Positions 37,739 to 37,815 of a DNA stretch of 37,815 nucleotides are shown one piece after another (position 1 is the stretch's first letter; each line of letters starts with the position of its first letter). The translations under genes and the position numbers were made by a program. Under the pieces are notes generated by a model, which did no database searches, was not told the DNA's origin, and saw only the letters and a program-made list of their open reading frames with translations. Source of the stretch: Octopus sinensis (lineage: Eukaryota); NCBI RefSeq assembly GCF_006345805.1, contig NW_021835820.1, positions 1 to 37,815 of the forward strand, read 5' to 3'.

Positions 37739-37815
37739 TCATCTCCACCCTCTTTTGATTGCATATAAATGGAGTTTTGACAGTTGAGGTGCCACCAGTG
37801 GGTTCAGCTGTATTA
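37739..37815 (-). CDS. ATP6V0E: V-ATPase subunit e, 3' end of copy 2 (partial)
   Basis: IQLNPLVAPQLSKLHLYAIKRGWR*. Confidence 0.85.
   Translation of the reverse strand, partial: IQLNPLVAPQLSKLHLYAIKRGWR

Overview
AT-rich nuclear DNA from a compact animal-type genome. Genes are broken by miniature, mostly 20-34 nt GT-AG introns, so the ORF track shows only fragments. The architecture resembles dicyemid or other reduced-parasite genomes; this is inference and the taxon is not proven. Spliced by eye, I recognise GOLT1, GCLM, NUDT9, C1GALT1, WDR82, V-ATPase subunit e, HAP40/F8A1, SAMD15, PPCDC, a copine and tRNA-Val(TAC). The window is a ~24 kb direct duplication: 1-9473 matches 23888-33357, and 10981-13505 matches 35286-37815. 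Between these shared blocks, one copy carries a 1.9 kb copine segment and the other a 1.5 kb unrelated TE-like segment. The part seen only once in the window holds a complete non-autonomous Helitron (TC...CTAG in an A|T site) with a 16 x ~95 bp satellite and a PIF1 remnant. It also holds a poly(A)-tailed CRE-like retroelement with an 8-bp TSD and several other decayed non-LTR fragments. Many single-base homopolymer deletions look like long-read error, so pseudogene calls are uncertain. No prokaryotic system or CRISPR array is present.
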